The notes under the pieces were generated by a model. That model saw only the letters and a list, made by a program, of their open reading frames with translations. It had not been told where the DNA came from and made no database searches. A DNA stretch of 64,000 bases from positions 1 through 64,000 of IMG/VR virus record IMGVR_UViG_3300028832_000116; one strand, 5' to 3'. The DNA comes from a virus. Taxonomy: Duplodnaviria > Caudoviricetes. The position numbers and the translations under genes were made by a program. How positions within the stretch are numbered: position 1 is the first letter of the stretch; each line of letters opens with the position of its first letter. This document shows, piece by piece, positions 37,897-46,264 of this stretch.

Positions 37897-38721
37897 ATGA
37901 ATAACGAATATTATGGAGCTCCTACAACTCCGACTTCTGATTATCTTGCTCATTATGGCATTAAAGGTATGAAGTGGGGAGTTCGGAAAGCGGTTGCTAG
38001 TGGAAGTTCTAGGAGACTTGCTCGTCAGTATGCTAAGGCTTCTAAGAAATTAGCTAAATTAGAAAAACGGGCAGCTTCTGGTAAGAAATATGCGAAGCGT
38101 GCTGCTTTAATGGGTGCTGGCGCTGCTGGTATGGGAGCGGTTGCTGCTACTGGTACTGCTGGGATTTCTAACGCTATCGGCGCTGCTGGTACCGCATTTT
38201 CTCAGGGTGCTAAGGGTGCTGGTGGTTTAATGCAGCGTGTTGGTGGCGCTATGCAGCGTAGAGGTATTCGTGGTGGTGGTCGTATGACTGCTGCAGGTAA
38301 GGCTGTTTCTGGTCTTGGCAAGCATAATGCTAGTGGTGTTGCCGGACGTGTTGCAAATTGGGGCAAGCAGTCCCATGATGTTGCTACTGCTTCTAGGAAT
38401 ATTAGTGGTGAAGTAGCAAGGAGAATGGGCAATGCCGGTATTAAAGGTCAAAGTACAGTAAGAACTATAGGTAATAGAACTGCTGATACACTTGAAAAGT
38501 ATGGCCATGGCCGTATTTCTAATAGTGGTCTTGTTCGTCTTGGTGCAGCGGCTGCCGGTGCTGGTTTAGCTGGTGGTGCTGCATATAATGCTTATCGTGC
38601 TGCTACGACAAAACGTGCTGGTAGGAAAGCTGCTGAATTCCGTAAAGAAATGAATAAAGCCTTCGCTGGTACGCAGTATGCGAACGGTGGAGCTCAGAAA
38701 CGTAAGCGTCGTCGTGGATAA
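37897..38721 (+). CDS. HYG-tag protein (paralogue C)
   Basis: YLAHYGIKGMKWGVRK; Ala/Gly-rich; FAGTQY and basic tail. Confidence 0.8.
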   Translation: MNNEYYGAPTTPTSDYLAHYGIKGMKWGVRKAVASGSSRRLARQYAKASKKLAKLEKRAASGKKYAKRAALMGAGAAGMGAVAATGTAGISNAIGAAGTAFSQGAKGAGGLMQRVGGAMQRRGIRGGGRMTAAGKAVSGLGKHNASGVAGRVANWGKQSHDVATASRNISGEVARRMGNAGIKGQSTVRTIGNRTADTLEKYGHGRISNSGLVRLGAAAAGAGLAGGAAYNAYRAATTKRAGRKAAEFRKEMNKAFAGTQYANGGAQKRKRRRG

Positions 38722-38762
38722 TGCTTAATTAAAATCAAAATGAAAACATATGAGGTGATGCT

Positions 38763-40190
38763 ATGGCCTCAATCATGCAAAGGCTCCAGCACGCCTGGAA
38801 TGCCTTTCGAAATAACAGAGATCCTACTGAAGATATAGGAGCGGTTTATAATAAACCTGGCCGTTCTGTAATAGGTGGATACGCAAGTTCTATGCGACCG
38901 GATCGTTCTCGTTTAACTCGGGGCAAAGAAAGATCTATTGTTACTGCAATTTATAATCGCATTGCGGTGGATGTTTCTCAGGTGAAGATTCAGCATGTCA
39001 AACTTGATGAATCACAGAGATTCAAAGAAGTTATGAAGTCTGGTCTTAATGAATGCCTTACGTTAAGCGCAAATATCGATCAAACCGGAAGGCAACTGAT
39101 TCAGGATGCTGTACTGAGCATGTTTGATGAAGGCTGTGTCGCTTTGGTTCCCGTCGATACGGATATCAATCCAAAATTAAGTGGCGGGTATGATGTATTG
39201 TCCATTCGTACAGGTAAAGTTACACAGTGGTATCCTGAAGCTGTTAGAATACTTTTGTATAACGAAGAAAAAGGAATAAAGGAGGAAGTTACTCTTCCGA
39301 AATCGATGGTTTCGATTATCGAGAATCCTTTTTATGCTGTAATGAATGAGCCAAGTTCCACTCTTCAAAGGCTTCTTAGAAAGCTTATTTTAAAGGATAT
39401 GTTGGACGAGAAGAGCGGAGCTAATAAACTCGATTTGATTTTCCAGCTTCCCTATTCTATTAAAACTGAAATGCGGATGGCAGAAGCCGAAAAGAGAAAG
39501 AAGAAGATTGAAGAACAATTAGTGGATTCACAGTATGGCATCGCTTATATTGATGCTACCGAAAAGATTACACAGTTGAATCGTCCGGTTGAAAATAATC
39601 TTCTTGAACAAATCAGGGATTTAACAGATCAGTTATATGCACAGCTTGGTTTAACAGCGGAGATCATGAACGGTACTGCTGATGAAAAAGCCATGCTTAA
39701 TTATAACAATCGAATTATTGAGCCTATTCTTTCGGCACTTTGCAATGAAATGAAGAGGAAATTCCTGACAAAGACAGGTAGAACGCAAGGACAGTCTATT
39801 ATGTACTTCCAGGATCACTTTAAGCTTGCAACAATCGATAAGATTGCTGATCTTGGTGATAAGATGATCCGTAATGAAATTATGACCGCTAATGAAATGC
39901 GTTCTAAGCTTGGTTTACCGCCTGCTGATGATCCTGCTGCAGACAAACTTCGGAATCCTAATATGCCGCAATCAGAAGATAGTGGAGAACAGCCAGAAGA
40001 ACCTGTAGATCCTGAAGAGCTCGAGGAAGCGAAAAAAGTCCTCCTTGATGCGGGTCTTACAGAAAAGGATCTAAGTGAGCTTACCGATGCCGAGGTCGTT
40101 GAGCTTGCTGAAAGGTATAAGACTGGCAATCTTGAGGATGAAGAGGAAGAAGCTCCACCTGGAGAACCAGAAGAACAGAAGACTGGATAA
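38763..40190 (+). CDS. portal protein
   Basis: AIYNRIAVDVS...MTANEMRSKLGLPP; position; acidic C-terminal extension. Confidence 0.88.
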   Translation: MASIMQRLQHAWNAFRNNRDPTEDIGAVYNKPGRSVIGGYASSMRPDRSRLTRGKERSIVTAIYNRIAVDVSQVKIQHVKLDESQRFKEVMKSGLNECLTLSANIDQTGRQLIQDAVLSMFDEGCVALVPVDTDINPKLSGGYDVLSIRTGKVTQWYPEAVRILLYNEEKGIKEEVTLPKSMVSIIENPFYAVMNEPSSTLQRLLRKLILKDMLDEKSGANKLDLIFQLPYSIKTEMRMAEAEKRKKKIEEQLVDSQYGIAYIDATEKITQLNRPVENNLLEQIRDLTDQLYAQLGLTAEIMNGTADEKAMLNYNNRIIEPILSALCNEMKRKFLTKTGRTQGQSIMYFQDHFKLATIDKIADLGDKMIRNEIMTANEMRSKLGLPPADDPAADKLRNPNMPQSEDSGEQPEEPVDPEELEEAKKVLLDAGLTEKDLSELTDAEVVELAERYKTGNLEDEEEEAPPGEPEEQKTG

Positions 40191-40220
40191 ATCAAAATAG
40201 AAATTGGAGGACACATAACG

Positions 40221-42194
40221 ATGTCAATGGATAGACCTTATGACATTTCCGGTTGGGCAACGATGTGTAACATCAAATGCACTGATGGCCGGGTGATTCG
40301 TCCTAATGCCTTCATTGACAATGACGGTGAAGAAGTCCCCATGGTTTATCAGCATTGCCATACTGACCCTGAAAATGTTCTTGGTCATGCTCTGCTGGAG
40401 AATCGTGATGAGGGCGTCTATTGCTATTGTTGGTTCAATAAAAATCCGAAGGCGCAGGCAACGAAGAATGCAATCGAAAATGGTGATCTTAAACAGTTTT
40501 CGATTTATGCAAATCAGCTTGTGCAGCATGGAAACGATGTTGTTCACGGTTCCATTAAAGAAGTCAGTATTGTCATGAGCGGTGCCAATAAAGGTGCTCG
40601 GATTGAGAATCTGAATTTTGCGCATAGCGATGGTTCTTATAACACCGATGATGAAGAGGCATTTATTTATACAAAACCACAGAAAATCTTATGCCATTCA
40701 GAGTTGGAGGAAGATGACACGGAGGATGACGACATGAAAAATGATACGCTCGATGTCCAGGCAGTATTGGACGGTATGGATGAAGAGCAGCTGGCTGTTG
40801 TTCAGGCTCTTTATGAACAGGGACAGATTGATGCCCTTAATGAAGTAGTCGGCGAAGATGATGAAGAAGAAATCGAGGACGAAGACTACGAAGATGAAGA
40901 AGATGTAGTTGACGAAGACGATTACGAAGATGAAGACGTCGATGATGAAGAAGGCATCTATGACGAAGAAGACTTCGAAGACGAAGAGGATGAAGAAGAA
41001 TATGAAGATCCTGAAGACTTCGAAGACGAAGATGAAGAATACGATGAAGATTATGAAAGCGAAGGCAATTTAGCAGTCGCTCATTCTGATTTTGGAGGTT
41101 ATGATCCCATGAAATACAATGTTTTTGATGGTAGTGCTGTTGAGGTTAATGATGCGCAGAACACGTTAAGCCATTCCGAGATTCAGGAGATTTTTGCGGA
41201 TGCTGCTAAAGATCGTCTTGGCAGTCTGAAAGCTTCTGTGCTGGCTCATGCTCAGGATTATGGTATTGAACAGATCGATTGGCTGTTCCCGGATGCTCGT
41301 GAACTGAACAATCCCCCGTCTTTTATTCAGCGGGACATGGGGTGGGTAAGTAAAGTTATGCAGGGTACCCGCCACACTCCCTTTAGCCGTATTAAGACTA
41401 CGTTTGCTGATATTACTGCTGATGAAGCTCGGGCGAAGGGTTACGTCAAAGGTAATCGGAAACTGGAAGAAGTCTTCACTTTGCTGAAGAGAACGACTGA
41501 TCCGCAGACCATTTACAAAAAGCAGAAGCTGGATCGTGACGATGTCGTTGATATTACTGACTTCGACGTTGTTGCCTGGCTGAAGAGCGAAATGCGGATG
41601 ATGCTGGATGAGGAAATTGCTCGTGCTATCCTGATTGGTGATGGTCGGGCTACTTCCAGTGATGATAAGATTTCCGAGTCTCATGTTCGTAGCATCTTCC
41701 GGGATGATGATCTGTATGTTGTTCGTAAGGAACTGAAGGAAGTTGCTGGCGAAGCCAAAGCGAAGACCTTCATTAAGACCGTTCGGAAAGCTTGGAAGGA
41801 TTATAAGGGTTCTGGCAATGCGGTTGCTTTCGTGACTGAAGATTGGCTGAGCGAGCTGCTTCTGCTGGAAGATGGCATTGGACATTTCCTGTATCCCACC
41901 AAGGAGACGGCTGCTAATGTTCTGGGCGTTCGTGAGATTATTACTGTGCCGGTTATGGCTGATGCTTCTACGACTCGCCATGATACTACTGCCAATAAGG
42001 ATTACAAGCCTGCTGCGATTATTGTTAATCTGAGCGACTATAATGTTGGCGCTGATAAGGGTGGCTCTGTCAATATGTTCGAAGACTTCGATATCGATTA
42101 CAACCAGCAGAAATACCTGATTGAAACCCGTTGCAGCGGTGCTCTGGTGAAGCCCTACAGCGCGATCGTTATCGAGGAAGAAGTAAACCCTTAA
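40221..42194 (+). CDS. prohead protease - acidic scaffold - major capsid polyprotein
   Basis: N-terminal HK97-type protease (GWAT, YQH, FSI, EVSIV...GAN); D/E-rich linker; capsid-like C-half. Confidence 0.88.
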   Translation: MSMDRPYDISGWATMCNIKCTDGRVIRPNAFIDNDGEEVPMVYQHCHTDPENVLGHALLENRDEGVYCYCWFNKNPKAQATKNAIENGDLKQFSIYANQLVQHGNDVVHGSIKEVSIVMSGANKGARIENLNFAHSDGSYNTDDEEAFIYTKPQKILCHSELEEDDTEDDDMKNDTLDVQAVLDGMDEEQLAVVQALYEQGQIDALNEVVGEDDEEEIEDEDYEDEEDVVDEDDYEDEDVDDEEGIYDEEDFEDEEDEEEYEDPEDFEDEDEEYDEDYESEGNLAVAHSDFGGYDPMKYNVFDGSAVEVNDAQNTLSHSEIQEIFADAAKDRLGSLKASVLAHAQDYGIEQIDWLFPDARELNNPPSFIQRDMGWVSKVMQGTRHTPFSRIKTTFADITADEARAKGYVKGNRKLEEVFTLLKRTTDPQTIYKKQKLDRDDVVDITDFDVVAWLKSEMRMMLDEEIARAILIGDGRATSSDDKISESHVRSIFRDDDLYVVRKELKEVAGEAKAKTFIKTVRKAWKDYKGSGNAVAFVTEDWLSELLLLEDGIGHFLYPTKETAANVLGVREIITVPVMADASTTRHDTTANKDYKPAAIIVNLSDYNVGADKGGSVNMFEDFDIDYNQQKYLIETRCSGALVKPYSAIVIEEEVNP

Positions 42195-42230
42195 CACCCC
42201 CTGAGGAGGGGGATGAGGAACCGGTACCTC
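42185..42230 (+). other. programmed -1 frameshift signal
   Basis: A AAC CCT heptamer, 5-nt spacer, CCCCCT/AGGGGG stem. Confidence 0.75.
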
Positions 42231-43147
42231 CGGTTGAACCTGAACCTGTAGTAGATCCGAAAGACAAGTTTCTTGAAGATTTACAGTCTGGTGGAACAGT
42301 GAGCTTAAGCGGCGATATTGCATTGACCGCTTCAATTCCTGTTACTCAGGGTACAGTTATTGAATTGGCTGGTCATACCATTGAAGGTACGCTCTCCTCT
42401 GCCCTATTCGCAGTGAATGGCGCAAAGCTTACGCTTAGCGGTAATGGCACAATTCAAAATAAGAAATGGATTGCCAATGTTACTAATGGCGGTCAATTAA
42501 CAGTTAATGGTGGCACTTATATAAGTCAGAAAGAAGCATTTATTGCTAATAATGGTGGAACAATTATTTTTAATGATGGTCATATTATTTGTGATGAATG
42601 CGGGTTGAACATTGCTGGTAATGCAACGTTAGAGATGAATGGCGGTTTAGTTGAAACCAATGATAACATGGGCATTGGTACCAATGGTACGAATGGACGT
42701 GGCGGTAATACGATTACTATGAACGGTGGTAAAATTGACGCCAGTATTAAGTCTAGCGGTTATGAAGCGATTGGTGTTTATATTGCCAATAGCGATACAT
42801 TTATCATGAACGATGGTGAAATTATTGCTAATGGTGGCACTGGTCTGTGTATGCGTGGTGGCGATGTTCAGATTCATGGCGGTAAGATTACTGCAACCAA
42901 GACCGATAAGCAGGGTGTTGAAGTACCCGATGGTAAGATTGCTGATAGGAATAGTGTCATGCTGGGTTGTGCGGCTATTATTTATGATGAAGCTGCAAAT
43001 TATCCCGGTAAGGCCGGCATGAAGCTTACAGTTGATGGCGGTATTATTACTGGTGTTGATCATTCTATCCAGGTGCTTAGTAATGAGGAAATTCCGCAGG
43101 TTTTCGTGACTGGTGGAACATTAACTCCTGCTTATTCGGAAGGATAA
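42185..43147 (+). CDS. frameshift extension of capsid protein: Pro/Glu linker and beta-helix-like domain
   Basis: -1 frame ORF overlapping the capsid stop with no own start; repeated TMNGG/TVNGG turns. Confidence 0.7.
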   Translation, partial: KPLTPPEEGDEEPVPPVEPEPVVDPKDKFLEDLQSGGTVSLSGDIALTASIPVTQGTVIELAGHTIEGTLSSALFAVNGAKLTLSGNGTIQNKKWIANVTNGGQLTVNGGTYISQKEAFIANNGGTIIFNDGHIICDECGLNIAGNATLEMNGGLVETNDNMGIGTNGTNGRGGNTITMNGGKIDASIKSSGYEAIGVYIANSDTFIMNDGEIIANGGTGLCMRGGDVQIHGGKITATKTDKQGVEVPDGKIADRNSVMLGCAAIIYDEAANYPGKAGMKLTVDGGIITGVDHSIQVLSNEEIPQVFVTGGTLTPAYSEG

Positions 43148-43172
43148 TCAAAATGGAAATTGAGGAGGTGAT

Positions 43173-43553
43173 TTGATGGCCAGATTTTATGGAGAGATTG
43201 GTTTTCTTCGAACGGAAGAAGAAGATCATGATAATCGTCCAGGTATTTGGGTGGAAAAGATAACTAAACGTAAATATTATGGCGATGTTCTTTCTAACAG
43301 CCGTCGTTGGGAACAATCAGGAACTTTAAATGATAATCTGGTCATCAATAACCGAATCAGTATCGTTGCTGATAGTTTTGTCAAAGCAAATATTGGCGCG
43401 ATGAAATTTGTAAGATGGCAAGGAATAAATTGGAAAATCACAAATGTTGAAGTCCAATATCCTCGACTTATCTTAACGATCGGGGGTGAGTATCATGAGC
43501 CAGAGCAGGCGAATACAGTTGCACTTGAAGCTGGAACAATTACTTGGCAGTAG
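43173..43553 (+). CDS. head-to-tail stopper, probable
   Basis: RFYGEIGF...YYGDV...WKITNVEVQYPRLIL; position. Confidence 0.6.
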   Translation: MMARFYGEIGFLRTEEEDHDNRPGIWVEKITKRKYYGDVLSNSRRWEQSGTLNDNLVINNRISIVADSFVKANIGAMKFVRWQGINWKITNVEVQYPRLILTIGGEYHEPEQANTVALEAGTITWQ

Positions 43554-43806
43554 GAATGTGTATTTTCAGCCTCCTACAGGAACTAAGATCAATTATCCAT
43601 GTATTGTATATAGTCTTGCAACAGCAAATGATGTTCACGCCGATGACAAAATATATAGGCGGTTGTATAGATATACACTGAACTATATTACGAAGGATCC
43701 TGACGATCCTATGCGAGATAAGATTGACGATTTGCAATACTGCGCTTTCGATAGAGTTATTGTAAATGACAATCTTTATCATTATTACTATACGATCTAC
43801 AATTGA
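43495..43806 (+). CDS. tail terminator, probable
   Basis: NVYFQPP...YPCIVY; position. Confidence 0.6.
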   Translation: MSQSRRIQLHLKLEQLLGSRNVYFQPPTGTKINYPCIVYSLATANDVHADDKIYRRLYRYTLNYITKDPDDPMRDKIDDLQYCAFDRVIVNDNLYHYYYTIYN

Positions 43807-43821
43807 TGGAGGTATGTTACA

Positions 43822-44508
43822 ATGGCAGACTCTAAGAAACTTGTATGGGATAAAGACGCTACTCGAGAGTTTGAATCTGGTGTAAGTCAGGTTGCTTTAT
43901 TCCCGATGACTTCTGCTGGTACTTATGATAAAGGTATTGCCTGGAGTGGCGTTACCGGTATCGACGAAAATCCTAGTGGTGCGGATGCTACCGATCTGTA
44001 TGCGGATGATATTAAATACGCTACTCTGCGTTCTGCCGAGAAGTTTGACTTTACGATTTCCGCGTTTGATTACCCGGATGAGTGGGGCGAGTGCGACGGA
44101 AGTGCTGAAGCGGCTCCTGGCGTTTATCTTGGACAGCAGGGTCGTAAGGCATTTGGTCTTGTTTATAAGACCAAAATTGGTGACGACACTCATCCTGGAA
44201 TGGATAAGGGCTTTAAGATCCATGTTATTTATAACAGTACTGCTTCCCCGTCTAGTCGTAGCTATGCGACGATTAATGAGAATCCCGATGCTATTACTTT
44301 CAGTTGGAGTGCTACTTCTACGCCGACGAATGTGACTGGCTATAAGGCGGTTTCTACGATTGTTATTGATAGCACCAAAGTTCCGGAAGCAAAAATGACT
44401 TCACTTTTGGAGAAACTTTACGGTAGTGATAATACTGATGCCGCAATGCAGACTCCTGATCAGATTATTAATCTGCTGAAGGCTACTACTTCTGGTGGTA
44501 ATTCGTAA
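43822..44508 (+). CDS. major tail protein
   Basis: AWSGVTGIDENPSG...LYADDIKY; position. Confidence 0.85.
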   Translation: MADSKKLVWDKDATREFESGVSQVALFPMTSAGTYDKGIAWSGVTGIDENPSGADATDLYADDIKYATLRSAEKFDFTISAFDYPDEWGECDGSAEAAPGVYLGQQGRKAFGLVYKTKIGDDTHPGMDKGFKIHVIYNSTASPSSRSYATINENPDAITFSWSATSTPTNVTGYKAVSTIVIDSTKVPEAKMTSLLEKLYGSDNTDAAMQTPDQIINLLKATTSGGNS

Positions 44509-44518
44509 TTTTTGATTA

Positions 44519-44681
44519 TTAATAAGGGCGGATGACAGCTTCAGGCATGACTTATCTATTAGGAGGAGGCTTTGCAAATATGCATCGAACCGACCTCGTC
44601 ATGTACAGCGTACTGCAACGATGGAGCGTCTGATCAGCGCAACTACCAGAGGGGGTAGGGCTGGTAGAATGGACTTATTAA
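44519..44681 (+). ncRNA. candidate multi-stem intergenic RNA
   Basis: GC-richer spacer with closing stem TTAATAAG/CTTATTAA and several inner stems. Confidence 0.45.
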
Positions 44682-44683
44682 AT

Positions 44684-44745
44684 CCGTATGGTCATTCCGG
44701 GCATTTATGCGTACCTTCAGCCATACGGTATTTTTGATTTTTTTT
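44684..44745 (+). terminator. putative terminator
   Basis: CCGTATGG/CCATACGG (long loop) then T-rich tail. Confidence 0.55.
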
Positions 44746-44778
44746 CATTTTATTCGAAATTAAAGGAGCAGGGTATTT

Positions 44779-45291
44779 ATGTTAAAGAAGTTAATTAAAT
44801 ACGTCGATTATGACGGAAAAGAAAGAGCCGAGAATTTTTATTTCTATATGAGTAAAGCTGAATTAATGGAAATGGAACTTGGCACCGTTGGTGGTATGCA
44901 GAATCTTATTCAGCTGATTATTGATAAACAGGATATTCCGAAGATTATGGAGGCTTTTAAAACCATTATTCTTAAATCTTATGGTGAAAAATCTGCTGAT
45001 GGTCGTCGGTTTATCAAGAGTAAAGAACTTTCTGAAGCTTTCTCTCAGACAGAAGCATATTCGAATTTGTATATGGAATTGATTACAGATGCTGATGCAG
45101 CAGCAGTATTTATTAATGGAATAGTTCCTGAAGATGTTGCTGCGGCTGCTGCTCAGGCTCGTAAAGAACGTGAAGCAGAAGTTAAGGAAGAAGTTAAAGA
45201 AGAAAAAGAACCTGTTAAGTTTGAGAAGAAAGACGAGAAACCTAAGAATGAAAATAATGCAGATGCCCCCGTGCATTTGCTGAATAATTAA
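44779..45291 (+). CDS. tail assembly chaperone
   Basis: position between major tail and tape measure; YGEKSADGRRFIKS. Confidence 0.65.
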   Translation: MLKKLIKYVDYDGKERAENFYFYMSKAELMEMELGTVGGMQNLIQLIIDKQDIPKIMEAFKTIILKSYGEKSADGRRFIKSKELSEAFSQTEAYSNLYMELITDADAAAVFINGIVPEDVAAAAAQARKEREAEVKEEVKEEKEPVKFEKKDEKPKNENNADAPVHLLNN

Positions 45292-45308
45292 ATAAATGAG
45301 GTGAAAGA

Positions 45309-45845
45309 GTGCTTACAATTATAATTCCGGAGAAAGAGTTGTTTGATGAGTCTGATGGCTCTTTTTTAATGTTACCGGAAACTGAATTACATTTAGAGCA
45401 TTCTCTCATCTCGCTCTCTAAATGGGAATCAAAATGGAAGAAACCTTTTCTTAGCGAAGAAGATCATACAAAAGAAGAAATCACCAGTTATATTTACTTT
45501 ATGTCCATTGATCGAAATCCAGATATGAAAGTTATTGAACATATTGATTACGATCAGTATAAAGAAATACTTGAATATATTGGGGATTCACATACCGCTA
45601 CTAAAATTTATGATAGAAGACCTCAGAGGGGTGGAAAGAAAGAAATTTATACCTCTGAGGTTCTTTATTATCTTATGATTTATTATGGAATTCCATGGGC
45701 TGCTGAAAAATGGCATCTTAATAGATTGCTTACATTAATCAGAGTTTGTGGAATTAAAGGTGGTACTACGAATCAGGCAATGGATATGAATGCAATATTT
45801 GCACAAAATCGGGCATTGAATGCTGCTAGGAGAACTCCTAGGTAA
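45309..45845 (+). CDS. second tail assembly chaperone-like protein
   Basis: LEHSLISLSKWESKW...WHLNRLLTLI; position. Confidence 0.55.
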   Translation: MLTIIIPEKELFDESDGSFLMLPETELHLEHSLISLSKWESKWKKPFLSEEDHTKEEITSYIYFMSIDRNPDMKVIEHIDYDQYKEILEYIGDSHTATKIYDRRPQRGGKKEIYTSEVLYYLMIYYGIPWAAEKWHLNRLLTLIRVCGIKGGTTNQAMDMNAIFAQNRALNAARRTPR

Positions 45846-46264
45846 TGGCTGATAAATCTCCGATACGATTTATTCATAAAGGTGATTTTACAAAACTTGA
45901 AGGTTTTCTTGCTAAGTCTATTGGATTTAAACCAATTATCAGGACTATTCTGAATAAATATGGCAGACTTGGAGTAGAAGCATTAAAAGAAGCCACTCCC
46001 AAGGACACCGGCAAAACATCTGAATCCTGGTATTATACAATTGATGAAGATCAAAATGGCAATTTGAAGATAACTTGGCGAAATTCGAATTTAGGAAATG
46101 GCTGGGCTCCAATTGCCATTCTTCTTCAATATGGTCATGCCACAGGAAATGGCGGATATGTTCAGGGCCGGGATTATATCAATCCGGCAATTGATAAAGT
46201 TTTTCATAGAATTGCCGATGAAGCATGGGAGGAGGTAAATCGAAATGGCGGTAGAAACCGTTGA
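45845..46264 (+). CDS. HK97 gp10-like tail completion protein
   Basis: TPKDTGKT...LQYGH...GRDYINPA. Confidence 0.65.
   Translation: MADKSPIRFIHKGDFTKLEGFLAKSIGFKPIIRTILNKYGRLGVEALKEATPKDTGKTSESWYYTIDEDQNGNLKITWRNSNLGNGWAPIAILLQYGHATGNGGYVQGRDYINPAIDKVFHRIADEAWEEVNRNGGRNR

Noticed and set aside
41166-42335. 389-aa minus-strand ORF, and the other minus-strand ORFs
   Set aside because: Antisense shadows of codon-biased + strand genes, with no RBS or recognisable motifs
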